The notes beneath the pieces were generated by a model, which did no database searches, was not told where the DNA came from, and saw nothing but the letters and a program-made list of their open reading frames with translations. From positions 512,001 to 576,000 of the forward strand of contig CBDCJH010000002.1 in NCBI GenBank assembly GCA_965217775.1: a DNA stretch of 64,000 nt, given 5' to 3'. Positions 41,113 through 51,600 of the stretch are shown here, one piece after another. The stretch is from Acidobacteriota bacterium (GTDB taxonomy: Bacteria; Acidobacteriota; UBA6911; RPQK01; JAJDTT01). The translations under genes were made by a program, and so were the position numbers. Positions within the stretch are counted from its first letter, which is position 1. Each line of letters starts with the position of its first letter.

Positions 41113-44100
41113 CTAGCGAACGATCACCGGCCCGTCTTTCACTGCTTCGACCAGTTTCTCCTCCTGCTCCTGCAACCAATCCCTCACCGCCATCTCGTCG
41201 GCCAGGGTTCCCCGGCGAACCTCCACCGTCGTCGTGCGAAGTTCCGGTTCAATCTCCTGCAGCCGCTTGGCGGCCTCCTCCATTGCCCGGGTGATCCGTG
41301 CAGTCACGGCGTCGACCTCGGCGCGCCAAGCGTCGAGCGGGCGGGCATCGAGAGTCCTTCTCAAATCGTCGTCCGTCGCCACGGCGGGAGCCGCCGGCGC
41401 TTCGAGGCCGGTTCGACGGCGGATCTCCTGTTGATCACGGGCGTCCAACGCCGACCAACTGGCGTCGCTGACCAGCGTGGCTCCAGCGGTTTCGATCTTC
41501 GTGGTCAGCTTCAAGTGCATCGCACTCAGGGCTTCGCGCAACGCGCCGGCGAGGGTCGCAACGAGGGGCCGGACCGGGTCGGTCCCGTCCAGGAGCGACC
41601 TTTGGCCATGGATGGCGTCAAGCTCCGGTCCGATTTCCGCGGCCACCGGAAGTCCGTCGGCGTGGCGGCGAAGTGCGGTCGCGAGGTCCCAGGTTGGATT
41701 GCGGCGGCGAGCCCTTCTTTCCAACTCAGTCCAGACCTCGATCTGTCGCGTCAGATGATCCTTGTTGGTGTGAATGGCGGCGAGTTGCTCACTGCCGGCC
41801 AAAAGCTTCAGGTCATCGACGAATGTGGTGTCCGGTACGGCTGGAAGCGGCGCCGGTCCGCCTGCGCGCCTTCCGAGATCGGCCAGGGCGTCGAGGAACT
41901 CGGGCGCCCGGATTTCCTCTTCGCCGGCTCTTGTCGTCATGTCGAGCGTGGCGAACAGACCACGTAGGGCGATCCGCTGGACTGCCGTCAGACGAACCTT
42001 CTCCGGGCGGAACTCCGCCCCCTTGATCCCAGTCTGGTCGAGGCCCCCCGTGGGCACGGGTTGCCCGTTTCGGGTGGCTCGCAGATGTCCGTCACGATGG
42101 AGCGCGATCAGGATCGCGTCGAGAGCGTCCTGCGGCCACCCATACGGAGCCGCTTTGAGCTTTTTGTGGACCGCCGTGCCGCGCGCGCCCGTGCCGATGA
42201 CGGTGAGCACTTCCTTGGCCACAGGGTGGGCATCGGTGGCGCCGTCCCAACCGACCACCTTGAGGGGCTGGTCCGAACCGTCCCTGGCGCGGCGCAGGGC
42301 GGCTTCCCATGCCTTGTGGTCGCCGTCGCCGAACCGGTGAAAGAGGCGCGCCAGGGACGCCTTGGCGCCGGTAGTCAGCTTCTCCGCGAGGTCCGTCCCG
42401 AAGACCTCGCTGCCACCCCCTTGAAGAACCGTCGCGGAGCGGATGATCTCGCCGATAATGTCGTTCCGCTCCTGCTCGGCAAGCAATTGCCGACTCTGCA
42501 TGCTGTCACGCGCTTCCTGGCCCTCGGGTGACGTCGGTGTCCCGTAATGGTCGAGGACTTGGCGGGCAGCCTCGACGTCGATGATCCGATCCTTCAGCAG
42601 ATCCGCGCTCTTCTTGGGCAAGTGGACATGAAGGATCGGGTCTTCGGCCCCCAGCCTCCGAGCTTCGCTTTCCGTGTCCCGTGGCCTCGACGACCAGCCG
42701 TCGCGCAGCCAGACCGTGACCGCGTCGCCTGCCGGAGCGGGAGGGTTGCTGCCGGCGTGCAGCGCGAGTGTTCGCCGGAGTTTGGGTTTCCCGTGGATGA
42801 GTCTGATGCCGTTCAGAATCTCCTGGACCGCCGCGCCGAAAAGCTGGTCGCGTCGCGAGGCGATTTCGACCTCGCTCTGGCGTAGCGCGGCCTGCCGCGC
42901 CCGAAACTCGCCGTCCCACTCGGCGCCCTCGGTGGTCTGAAGGCGGAACTCGTCACCCACGCGCATCACCACCGCCTCGCGCGCCAAGGCGTCCAGCGTA
43001 TCGGCCACCCTCTTGCGGAATGGACCGGAGTCGGCGGTCACGTCGGCAACCAGCAGGTCGGCCAGCGTGACGGCGTTGGCCCGCACACCGGCGTCCACGA
43101 GCGCCTCACGCGGAAGCTTGCCGATCAGGAATATGAGCCCGCACAGATCGCACCGGAGCCGGCCTTCCTCCGTGCCTTTGTCGAGTTTCCGAATCCGGGT
43201 GTTGATCTCGTTCAGGAGCACGCCGGTGTTGACCAGACTCGGCGCCAGCGCATCGAAGAGATCGCTTGCCGGGATGGTTCCGCCGAGGGGCCGTTCGGCG
43301 ACTTCGTGGAGCGAGTCATGAAGGATACGGAGTTGCGAGCGGAGTTGGCTCTGGCTCCCGGCCGTGTCGACCGCCTGGAAGCAGGCCTCCCAGAAGCGGC
43401 GCCTGGAACAGAGCAGCGGGTAATCGAGCGTGCGATCCTGGCGGTCTTCGGTTCGTGACCCGAGACGGGTACCCTGGAGATGGCGCGCCACCTCGCCGGA
43501 GTGCGCCTCGAACATCCGTTCCACGTCCTGGACGGCGCTCGGCTTCTTGTGCAGCAGCACTTTGCGGGTCACCGCCGTGACGTCCGAGTCGCTCAACTCC
43601 ACCGCGATCCGGAAACGGTCGCGCAACCACATCAGGGCGTGCGTGTCGGTGGAAAGGGCCGACTGGCCGGCCCCGACCAGCATGACGCGACTGTCGAACT
43701 CAGTCTGGACCGCCTCGGCGACCTCGGTGATGGCGGCCGAGCGGTCCTGCACCTCGTTGATGTACTGCTGGACCTCGTCCAGAACCAGCACCGTCAAGGG
43801 AAGCGTTCCATCATCGGCAAGGGCCATTTTGGCCGAGTCGATGAACTGCTCGGTGCTGATGTCGGTGGTGAGCTGGGAGAACTGGGTAATCAGCACTTGG
43901 CGAGCGGACTTTTCGTCGACCGCGAAGCCCGGGTCGGCCTCGATCAACGCGCCGGCGATCACCGGGCTGACGTAAAGGTTGTTCAACTCGCTGAGCCACG
44001 TCTTGCCCGCCGCTTCGACTGCGCCGCGGACGGTGTCCAGGAGATCCTGTTCCCGTAGCCAGAAGCAGAACCGGGCCTGGGGGTACTGTGCGGGCCAGCC

Positions 44101-44583
44101 GCGGGCGCGCAACAGTATCGAGAGCACCGTGCTCCTCACGTGGTCGATACTGCCTCCCAAGAGGGTGCCGGCCGCGGCCACCGGAGCCTTGCCGGTGCGG
44201 CGTGCCTGGATGTCGAGTTCGCGAAGCTGTGCCTGGATCTCGTCCGGAAGTCCTCGGCGCACCAGGGCGCGGGCTCGGGCGCCGTCGGGAAACCGTGTGT
44301 TCACCCACAAATGGGTCAGCATCTTGAGCAGGTGGGACTTGCCGCTACCGAAGAAGCCACTGACCCAGGCCGAGTTCTGGCGGGGATGACCGAGGTTGGC
44401 CAGGTAACTGTCCAGTATCCGCTGGAGAGCATCGCCAAATTGTCCGTCGCAGACAAAGGTTTCAAGTTCGGCGCGTAATTCGGCTATTTCCTGTTCGTCC
44501 GCCGTCTCCGTGATCCGCGCTTGGCCGTTGTTGGCGAGACGTGCCGTGCGGGGGTCGCGATCGAGTACCTCATGGATCTTCAC
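41113..44583 (-). CDS. brxC: BREX P-loop ATPase BrxC
   Basis: ELETFVCDGQF, Walker A WVSGFFGSGKSHL, LDEVQQY, DRF, YGWPQDA. Confidence 0.93.
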   Translation of the reverse strand: MKIHEVLDRDPRTARLANNGQARITETADEQEIAELRAELETFVCDGQFGDALQRILDSYLANLGHPRQNSAWVSGFFGSGKSHLLKMLTHLWVNTRFPDGARARALVRRGLPDEIQAQLRELDIQARRTGKAPVAAAGTLLGGSIDHVRSTVLSILLRARGWPAQYPQARFCFWLREQDLLDTVRGAVEAAGKTWLSELNNLYVSPVIAGALIEADPGFAVDEKSARQVLITQFSQLTTDISTEQFIDSAKMALADDGTLPLTVLVLDEVQQYINEVQDRSAAITEVAEAVQTEFDSRVMLVGAGQSALSTDTHALMWLRDRFRIAVELSDSDVTAVTRKVLLHKKPSAVQDVERMFEAHSGEVARHLQGTRLGSRTEDRQDRTLDYPLLCSRRRFWEACFQAVDTAGSQSQLRSQLRILHDSLHEVAERPLGGTIPASDLFDALAPSLVNTGVLLNEINTRIRKLDKGTEEGRLRCDLCGLIFLIGKLPREALVDAGVRANAVTLADLLVADVTADSGPFRKRVADTLDALAREAVVMRVGDEFRLQTTEGAEWDGEFRARQAALRQSEVEIASRRDQLFGAAVQEILNGIRLIHGKPKLRRTLALHAGSNPPAPAGDAVTVWLRDGWSSRPRDTESEARRLGAEDPILHVHLPKKSADLLKDRIIDVEAARQVLDHYGTPTSPEGQEARDSMQSRQLLAEQERNDIIGEIIRSATVLQGGGSEVFGTDLAEKLTTGAKASLARLFHRFGDGDHKAWEAALRRARDGSDQPLKVVGWDGATDAHPVAKEVLTVIGTGARGTAVHKKLKAAPYGWPQDALDAILIALHRDGHLRATRNGQPVPTGGLDQTGIKGAEFRPEKVRLTAVQRIALRGLFATLDMTTRAGEEEIRAPEFLDALADLGRRAGGPAPLPAVPDTTFVDDLKLLAGSEQLAAIHTNKDHLTRQIEVWTELERRARRRNPTWDLATALRRHADGLPVAAEIGPELDAIHGQRSLLDGTDPVRPLVATLAGALREALSAMHLKLTTKIETAGATLVSDASWSALDARDQQEIRRRTGLEAPAAPAVATDDDLRRTLDARPLDAWRAEVDAVTARITRAMEEAAKRLQEIEPELRTTTVEVRRGTLADEMAVRDWLQEQEEKLVEAVKDGPVIVR

Positions 44584-45137
44584 GGGATCGGACCTCCGCC
44601 GTGGAGTGTGATGCCCTGCGCCAAATAGCTCCAGCCGTCACGCGCGTCGAGCAACCGGTAGTTGTTGTCGTTCTTGGTGCCGGGGAAGAAGACGACGAGG
44701 CGGCCCCGGATCGATTGCTCCACCGAGCGGATCAGATCGGAGACGCGCAGAAAGCCATAGAGTGAACCAACACCCAGGAGCGCCACCACGGTGTCGTCGT
44801 CAGCGTGCTCCAACTCCGCGGTGAGCTTGTGAACCGCCTCGCCGCGGAACTCCCCCTCGATTTTCATCCCCAAGAGTTCCGGGTTTTCGAACCAGGCCTC
44901 CCGGTACTCGTCCCGGGCCAGCCAGTCGGTGAACCAGCGGGTGCAATCGACCAGCGTCCAACGGTGTCCGTTTTGCTCGGTCGCCTGCTTGAACTCCCCG
45001 ATGCGCGCCCGTAGGGTGCGCTCCAACTCCTTCTCGTAGACTACCAGCATCACCCGTTGCGCGCCCGCCAGCGTTCGCTGCCAGGGCACGCTCACATGCC
45101 GCTTGTAGACCGCCGCCAGATTCTCGATCTTGCCCAT
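44580..45137 (-). CDS. brxB: BREX protein BrxB (DUF1788)
   Basis: PWQ..LAGAQRV, GSLYGF, GRLVVFFPG, YRLLDARDGW.YLA; start at ATG 45137. Confidence 0.88.
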   Translation of the reverse strand: MGKIENLAAVYKRHVSVPWQRTLAGAQRVMLVVYEKELERTLRARIGEFKQATEQNGHRWTLVDCTRWFTDWLARDEYREAWFENPELLGMKIEGEFRGEAVHKLTAELEHADDDTVVALLGVGSLYGFLRVSDLIRSVEQSIRGRLVVFFPGTKNDNNYRLLDARDGWSYLAQGITLHGGGPIP

Positions 45138-45139
45138 TG

Positions 45140-45925
45140 TCAGACTCCCATGGCCGGGTCCAGCCACCGCGCGTCGATCTCTACCACGTCGCCTCCGGCT
45201 CGCACGTGGATCAGGCCGAGTTGCTTGGTTCGCAACGCCAGAGGCATCAGCGCCGTGCCGCGGGTATCGAGCACGCGGGTCCACCGGCTGTCGAGCAGGG
45301 CGCGGCCGGCGAGCCCCTCGATCATACCCAGCCAGAGCGCCATGGCCAGGGGGCCGGGCGTGGGGACCACTTGGCGGCGCGTCTTGCGCGACCAGCCCGC
45401 AAGGTGGCCGGACTGGGTCCAGGAACTGGCGCATTTTCGGGCCGCCTGGTCGAGCACGGCGTCGTTGAGACGGCGCCCCACAGACTGGCGAAGGGTGTCG
45501 CGGAAGCGCGTCCGGACGAGTTCGGCGCCCACTGGCAACGCGAGCACGAAAGGCGCCGTCGAACGCAGCAGCGGGTCGCGGGCCAGAGCACAGAGCATCG
45601 CTATCAGTGGCCGTCCAGGCGCGTCCACCGGCCAGAGTCGGAGCAGGACCCGAAAGATCGGCACGCGGGGGTCGAGCGAATACAACTCGCCCAGCCGCTG
45701 GTTCGTCAGGCGTCGCGTCGCTGCCGTCGCCTTGCCAAGTACGTTCTCGTCGATGATGTTCGCCGCGTAGTCCGCGCGTACACCGTCGGAAGGCACGGCC
45801 TCCAGAAGTTCGCGCAGATCAGCCAGCATAATGGTGCGGCTGGTATGGGCGCCCTTTGCTCCGTACCGTAACCCGGCCTTCGCCGGATCTTTCGGGGGTG
45901 TGGATCTGATTGGAAAACTCAGCAT
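45140..45925 (-). CDS. brxA: BREX protein BrxA-like
   Basis: GAHTSRTIML, ENVLGK, LYSLDP, ARDPLLR, SSWTQSGHL; first gene of the operon, upstream of brxB. Confidence 0.78.
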   Translation of the reverse strand: MLSFPIRSTPPKDPAKAGLRYGAKGAHTSRTIMLADLRELLEAVPSDGVRADYAANIIDENVLGKATAATRRLTNQRLGELYSLDPRVPIFRVLLRLWPVDAPGRPLIAMLCALARDPLLRSTAPFVLALPVGAELVRTRFRDTLRQSVGRRLNDAVLDQAARKCASSWTQSGHLAGWSRKTRRQVVPTPGPLAMALWLGMIEGLAGRALLDSRWTRVLDTRGTALMPLALRTKQLGLIHVRAGGDVVEIDARWLDPAMGV

Positions 45926-46176
45926 GAAGAAAACAACCTGAGACTCGGCCGACGCGACCGCAATCGACCCATTTGCGCCAACCGTTGCATTTTCACCTTC
46001 CGGAGCCCAACGATTTCATATCGCGATCGATGGACCCGCACGGTGCAATTGCGAAAGACATTGTAATTGTATAGGAGTGGTCTTGAAATCAATCCTCTGT
46101 AGGCCTAGCTCGGCTTGGCGCAGATTCCATTTCTCCCGGGTCGCGGTCATACGTTGAGTGTTGATTGAGGGTGCCC

Positions 46177-47319
46177 ATGTCGAGACGGCTCACCATCTGG
46201 GGAGGCATCGGTGGCAACAATGGCGTGTTTCCCACCGAGGGAAACCGGGAGATGGTCAGCGACTTTCTGGATCAATGCGCGGCAGCCGGAGTGAGCCGTT
46301 TCATTCCCGGCTATACCCCAGGCCGCGAGATGTGCCTTCGTTTTGACCACGGCCGCGGAGGACATGATCCGGCAGACATCCTCGCCGTGGTGCCCGGCTT
46401 CTACTCCGTGCATGGCTGGGACCCCCTCTCGTTCCTGGTGGAGGAGTCCCATCGGAGAGGAATCGAGGTCCATCCCTACAACGCCGTCGGTTACACGGGA
46501 ATGACCGGTATCGACTACCAGAGCGGAACCCGGCTGCCCGAATGGCGCCTGACCCGGTTCGCCAACGATCACCCCGAGCTCTGGATGCGGCGCCAAGACG
46601 GAAAGACCTCCTTCGACGTTTCGGGATCGGTGGTCCTGAGCTACGGGACCCGCGAGACCCGCCTGTACGAGCAGCGCCCGTTTCTGGAAATGGCCCGGAA
46701 CTACGATGTGGACGGTGTCCAACTGGAATTCCAGATCGAGTCGGTTCCGGGGCAGGTGGACGACCATGGGGTGATGGTCTACGGCTACGAGCAGGCCGTC
46801 GTCCAGGACTACCGCCGGGAAACGGGCCGTGATCCCATGTCCATTTCCAACCGCGATCGGGACTGGACCCTGTTCCGGGCGAGCTACGTCACGCGCTTCG
46901 TGCGGGAGCTGAGGAGGCAGTTGGAGGGCCTGGACCGGAAAGTGTCCCTGACAGTCGCGGTGGCCTCCAATCCCGAGACGTCCTGGAAGCGTTTTCAGGA
47001 CTGGCCGGCGTGGGTCCGGGCGGGCCTGGTGGACGAGATCCATATCCGGCACCTCACCGGGAACCTGGCTCACATTTTCGAGGACACACGCGCAGCTGCC
47101 GTGGCCGTGGACGGCCGTGTCCCCCTGGTGGCCCAACTGGTCTGCTGGGGACCGCCCAAGCTGGTGACACCGGATCTGCTCCGTCAGGGCGCGGCCGCCG
47201 CCTTGGCCGCCGGGGCGGACGAGGTGGGGGTCTACCGGGCGGACAGCATCGAGCGTCTGAATCTGTGGAATGCGGTCCACGCCTTGGCCCGAGGCGGCAA
47301 CGGGGTCAAAATGGCGTGA
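46177..47319 (+). CDS. Glycosyl hydrolase-like family 10 (DUF187) TIM-barrel protein
   Basis: WDPL..LVEE.H.RGIEVH, HPE, YDVDGVQL, FQDWPAWVRAGLVD. Confidence 0.8.
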   Translation: MSRRLTIWGGIGGNNGVFPTEGNREMVSDFLDQCAAAGVSRFIPGYTPGREMCLRFDHGRGGHDPADILAVVPGFYSVHGWDPLSFLVEESHRRGIEVHPYNAVGYTGMTGIDYQSGTRLPEWRLTRFANDHPELWMRRQDGKTSFDVSGSVVLSYGTRETRLYEQRPFLEMARNYDVDGVQLEFQIESVPGQVDDHGVMVYGYEQAVVQDYRRETGRDPMSISNRDRDWTLFRASYVTRFVRELRRQLEGLDRKVSLTVAVASNPETSWKRFQDWPAWVRAGLVDEIHIRHLTGNLAHIFEDTRAAAVAVDGRVPLVAQLVCWGPPKLVTPDLLRQGAAAALAAGADEVGVYRADSIERLNLWNAVHALARGGNGVKMA

Positions 47320-48485
47320 TCCAAGCCCCCTCGAGCTTCCGGAAACTCCGCGAAGATCTGCCTCTGACTCGGCGACTTGCCTATTTCCAGACCGGCTCCT
47401 CCGGACCGACTCCCGATTCGGTGCTCAAGGTGGTCGCCGAGACGATGGCCTTCCAGAGCCGTCGCGGGTCGGCCTCGCCAAGGGTGACCGGCGTTCTGCT
47501 GGATCAGGAACAGCGGGTCCGATGCCAACTGGCCGAATTCCTGGGAGTCCGGCCGGAGCATCTGGCCTGGACCTCCAATACCAGCCAGGCCATGCAGCGG
47601 GTCCTGCGGAGTGTGGACTGGCGGCCTGGAGACGAGATTCTGGTCTCCTCGGCGGAGCATGTCAGCACGCAGGATGCCTGCCGGGCGCTGGAGCGGCACC
47701 AAAGGGTAGTGGTCCGGACCTTCCCCGGGGAAGAAGGAGACGACGCTCTCCTCAGTGGCCTGGAGGCGGCGCTGCGGGGCCGGGCGCGGTTGGTCTGTCT
47801 CAGCCAGGTCTCCACTCTCGATGGCCGGAAGCTGCCTGCCCGGGAAGCGGCAGGTCTAGCCCGTTCGCAGGGAGTTCCACTGATGCTGGACGGCGCCCAG
47901 GCAGTGGGGCAGTTTCCGGTGAAGATACCCGCCTTGGACTGCGATTACTACATAGCCTCGGGCCACAAGTGGCTGCTCGGTCCCCTGGGCGTCGGTTTTC
48001 TCTGGGTGTCCCCGGATCGGCTCGTCCAGTTTCGCCCCGACTTCATCCCCGATGCCAGCACCTGGTTGAAACCGGGAAATCCTCGTCCACCGGTCACGGC
48101 CGCCTTGCGCACCGAGCTGGGGACCCACAACTACGCCCTCCGAATCGGTCTGGGCCGAGCGCTGGAGATCATGTACGCACTAGGTCCCGACCGTATCGAG
48201 CGGTACGTCCAGGAACTGGTCCAGTTTCTTTTCCATGAACTGGAGGGCCGGCCCGGGACCCGGATCGCCACTCCTACCAAGCCGGGCCTCGCCTCGGGTC
48301 TCGTGGCTTTGGAGTTGGAGGATCTGACCAAGGCCGAATTGCGTAGACTCATCGAAGACCTGCTAGAGCAGGGGATCGTGGTCAAGTACCAGCCCGAGCG
48401 ACCGGCACTGCGGATATCCGTCGCCGCCTTCAACAGTCGGGAGGAGATCCATCGTCTCCTGGATGCTCTTGATACGTTGACCTGA
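47316..48485 (+). CDS. Class V PLP-dependent enzyme (cysteine lyase/epimerase-like)
   Basis: YFQTGSSGP, EH, DGAQAVG, SGHKWL.GP.G, GT; GTGA overlap with the upstream gene. Confidence 0.88.
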   Translation: MIQAPSSFRKLREDLPLTRRLAYFQTGSSGPTPDSVLKVVAETMAFQSRRGSASPRVTGVLLDQEQRVRCQLAEFLGVRPEHLAWTSNTSQAMQRVLRSVDWRPGDEILVSSAEHVSTQDACRALERHQRVVVRTFPGEEGDDALLSGLEAALRGRARLVCLSQVSTLDGRKLPAREAAGLARSQGVPLMLDGAQAVGQFPVKIPALDCDYYIASGHKWLLGPLGVGFLWVSPDRLVQFRPDFIPDASTWLKPGNPRPPVTAALRTELGTHNYALRIGLGRALEIMYALGPDRIERYVQELVQFLFHELEGRPGTRIATPTKPGLASGLVALELEDLTKAELRRLIEDLLEQGIVVKYQPERPALRISVAAFNSREEIHRLLDALDTLT

Positions 48486-48505
48486 AGTCCAGCAGCCAGA
48501 GCAGG

Positions 48506-48573
48506 GACACTCGCTGGGTGTAACATTGTCGACGGTCGTTGACATCAGAACCGCATGTTACCCGCGGAGTGTC
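48506..48573. repeat. Imperfect 68-bp inverted-repeat element
   Basis: gacactcgctgggtgtaacat ... atgttacccgcggagtgtc with an inner tgtcgac/gttgaca hairpin; agg on both flanks. Confidence 0.45.
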
Positions 48574-48684
48574 AGGACATCATGCCTCCCCGAGTAGCAA
48601 TTGATTCGCTATTTTCCTCATAAGCTCATGGAGCACCTCGAGTGAGCCCGTCCGATAACCAGTGGCTTAGGAATTCGCTAAATC

Positions 48685-51600
48685 ATGAGTAAGCCATCGT
48701 GGCATTCACCGGTACCGGAGGCACCCGCCATGGGGGAAAGGCGGGCCCGGTGGGGATTCGGATACCAGGACAAGGTCGCCACAGAGCGAATCCTTAAGTT
48801 CCTGCGAACCGATCTGCGTGATGGCACCAAAGCGTTCGAGGGTGTCCGCTTGGCGGATCTTGAAGCTGGTCGGGTCGATGACTTTGTTCTCGTTTGGAAA
48901 GAATCGGTTGAGGGTAATTCAATCAAATGGTCGGCTCGTGCGACGGGGTTTACCTGGGGCGAACTTGTCGGTGCATCAGGGCTTCTTCGAGATCTCGCCG
49001 ACGGGTGGAACCGCCTCCGAAGCCACTGGACCGGGCGCACTGTCACTGTGCGAATTCATACCAACCGACCGACTTCGCCAGCAAAACATCATGCTCAAAT
49101 AATCCCGTCCTTCAGCCTCGCGGAATTTGCAGAGACGCACTGGGCATCAGGTCCTGATGCGGCCAATACCATCGAAGCGAGTGAAGCATGGAGGAAAATT
49201 GCCGAACATGTGAGTCTGTCGGGATCTGAGCTATCGGATTTCGTGGCTCATTGCGAACTGGCGTTCGGACAGGCTGAGCCTCCGAGCGCCGGATCTGACT
49301 CCCTTGACTCGAGACATTATCGTAAACAGTTCGACAGCCTTCACAAGGCTATTGCCACGTGGCTCACGAACAATCCTGACCGTGATTTCATCGAACGGGA
49401 CTACCTCCTTGCGGCGATCGGACTGCGATCGAGCCGTTCCGGCTTGATTCAGCGCTTCCCAGAACCCGATATACCATACGAGAAAAACCACGCGACGGCG
49501 GATCGCTTGAAGGCACTGATTGATGCGATCCCGGGAGGGTACCTCGCGGTTGTGGGCCCAGCCGGCGTGGGAAAATCGACGCTCGTTCAGGATGTTCTTA
49601 CCGACTCCGCATATCCCTTCTTCGTCCCATACTACGCGTTCTTACCCAGTACGGACGGGAACCGCGACAGGGCCGAGGCATTAACGTTCTTCCAAAACGT
49701 CGTTGCACGTCTCGACCAATTTAATTCGGAGCGTCTCAGCCTCGACGTTGTTGATCTCGTCCAAGGCCGAGACGCGCTCCGGTGCCACATGTCGAGTGCA
49801 AATCAACGCTACGTCCTGCACGGCCACAAAACCATATTGCTGCTCGATGGCTTGGACCACGTAATGCGGGAAGTTAACCTTCAGCAGCCAGTACTGGATG
49901 AGCTACCACGCCCAAGTGAAATCCCTGAAGGATTTCAGATCATCCTGAGCGGTCAGCCGCAAGCATTCCTTCCAGACGTGATTCCAGCAGCGGTTGCAGC
50001 AAAAGTCGCACGAGACCGTAGGCGGATCGAGGTTTCCGGTTTGAGTCGCTTTGAGGTGCACGCGCTTGTCTCAAGGTTCGGAAAGGAGACGACAGGCGAA
50101 GAGCGAGATGTCCTGCACCACGCCTCCCGTGGTAACCCTCTGATACTGACGTACCTACTGTCGCTGTTCGAACGTACAGATGACAAAAGCGTGACAAGAG
50201 CGATTAAGCTTGCCGGCAATTACGCGGGCGACATCGACGACTACTATCAGGAGCGGCTGTCAGTACCTCTTCAAGACGGCCAGACGAGGAGACTACTCGG
50301 ACTGTTGTGTAGGGCGGCGCCAACTCTCCCCATAGCATGGCTCAACGAGTGGCCCGAGAAGGAAGCGATCGAGGACGTCTATCATCGAGTACTAGCGCCT
50401 TTCGTTCGGGTTGATGACGGTCTGGTGACATTCATTCATGACAGCCTGATCGTCTTTCTCAAGTCGGAGACCCGTTCGCGGCTTCCCGGAAGCGATCCCG
50501 GTGCGGATGAACGGAAATTCCATTCAATCCTTGCGGATCGATCAATTGGACGTTCTTGCCTCGACTCCGTAGGACGTGCCCGGGTTGTTCACCTCGTGCG
50601 AGCCGAAAGGCACGCTGATGTGCTTGCGCAGCTGTCTTCTAATTGGCTGCGGTCAGCAATGTCCGGATTTCTGCCTTACGCTCAATTCCATCCGATTTTG
50701 TTGGTCGGTCACGCCGCAGCTTCTGCCATGGGTGATTGGGGCCACACTCTCCGACTGTTTCTTCTAAACCATGAGCTTGGCCAAAGAACGTCCCGGGTTG
50801 ACGCAGCTAAACTTGCTGTTGCCCTTTTGAATCTCGAAGATCCCCTGCTGGCGCTACCGCAGATCCGCTCCGAAGGTCGACTGCTGGTCGATAACCGCGT
50901 TGCCCTCAGATTCGCTGGTACCTTGTGGCGTTACGCACAAGCGCAGAATCGCTCAGATCTGAAGGCTGCAGCCCGAACCCTCTATCTTCAAGCGAAGCCG
51001 ATTTCACTGATTTACGCAGGTGAGCCGATCGAGACGTTCAGTCACAACGAGCAATTTCAGGACATCAGAGCTTGGAGTAACGTAACCGCCTTGTTCGAGC
51101 GGCCCAGCGTCGTGATCCAAGAGATCCAAAGACTTGTCTTCACTTCAGGTCACGACGGTTACCAACAACCCAATCCAGTGTCGGTGACAGCAAGTCTCTT
51201 ATTCAATGGATTAAAGGCTGCGGTCGATGCTGGCTTTGATTCAAGGGAATGTCAGCACTTCGTCGATGCTATCCAAGCTTTAGGTTCTGAGACTTGGCGC
51301 TTTGTCGCGCTGTTTAAGCTAGCTGAATCGAGGCCGTTGGACGTGCCTATGGACTCACTGCGAGCGGCGTATGAGGTGTCCGAGACAAACAATGATATCG
51401 ATCTTGCGTATGCTTGGTTCCTGAACAGTCACGGCGAATATGCGGAAGCAACCGAGATCATCCGCCGCCTGCGCCACATCCGTTTCGAGCCGCATCGAGA
51501 AAGGCACAGTTGGGGTTTCTCGGATTTGACATACACCATTCGGTTGCGATGGTTGCAAGAACTCTTGGGCGTCCCTGAGGGAGCGGTCCCCGATGCCGCC

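Noticed and set aside
45926-46176. BREX promoter, brxR operator or att site
   Set aside because: Only loose -35/-10-like hexamers; no clear inverted repeat, no direct repeat matching the left island edge, and no integrase or tRNA.
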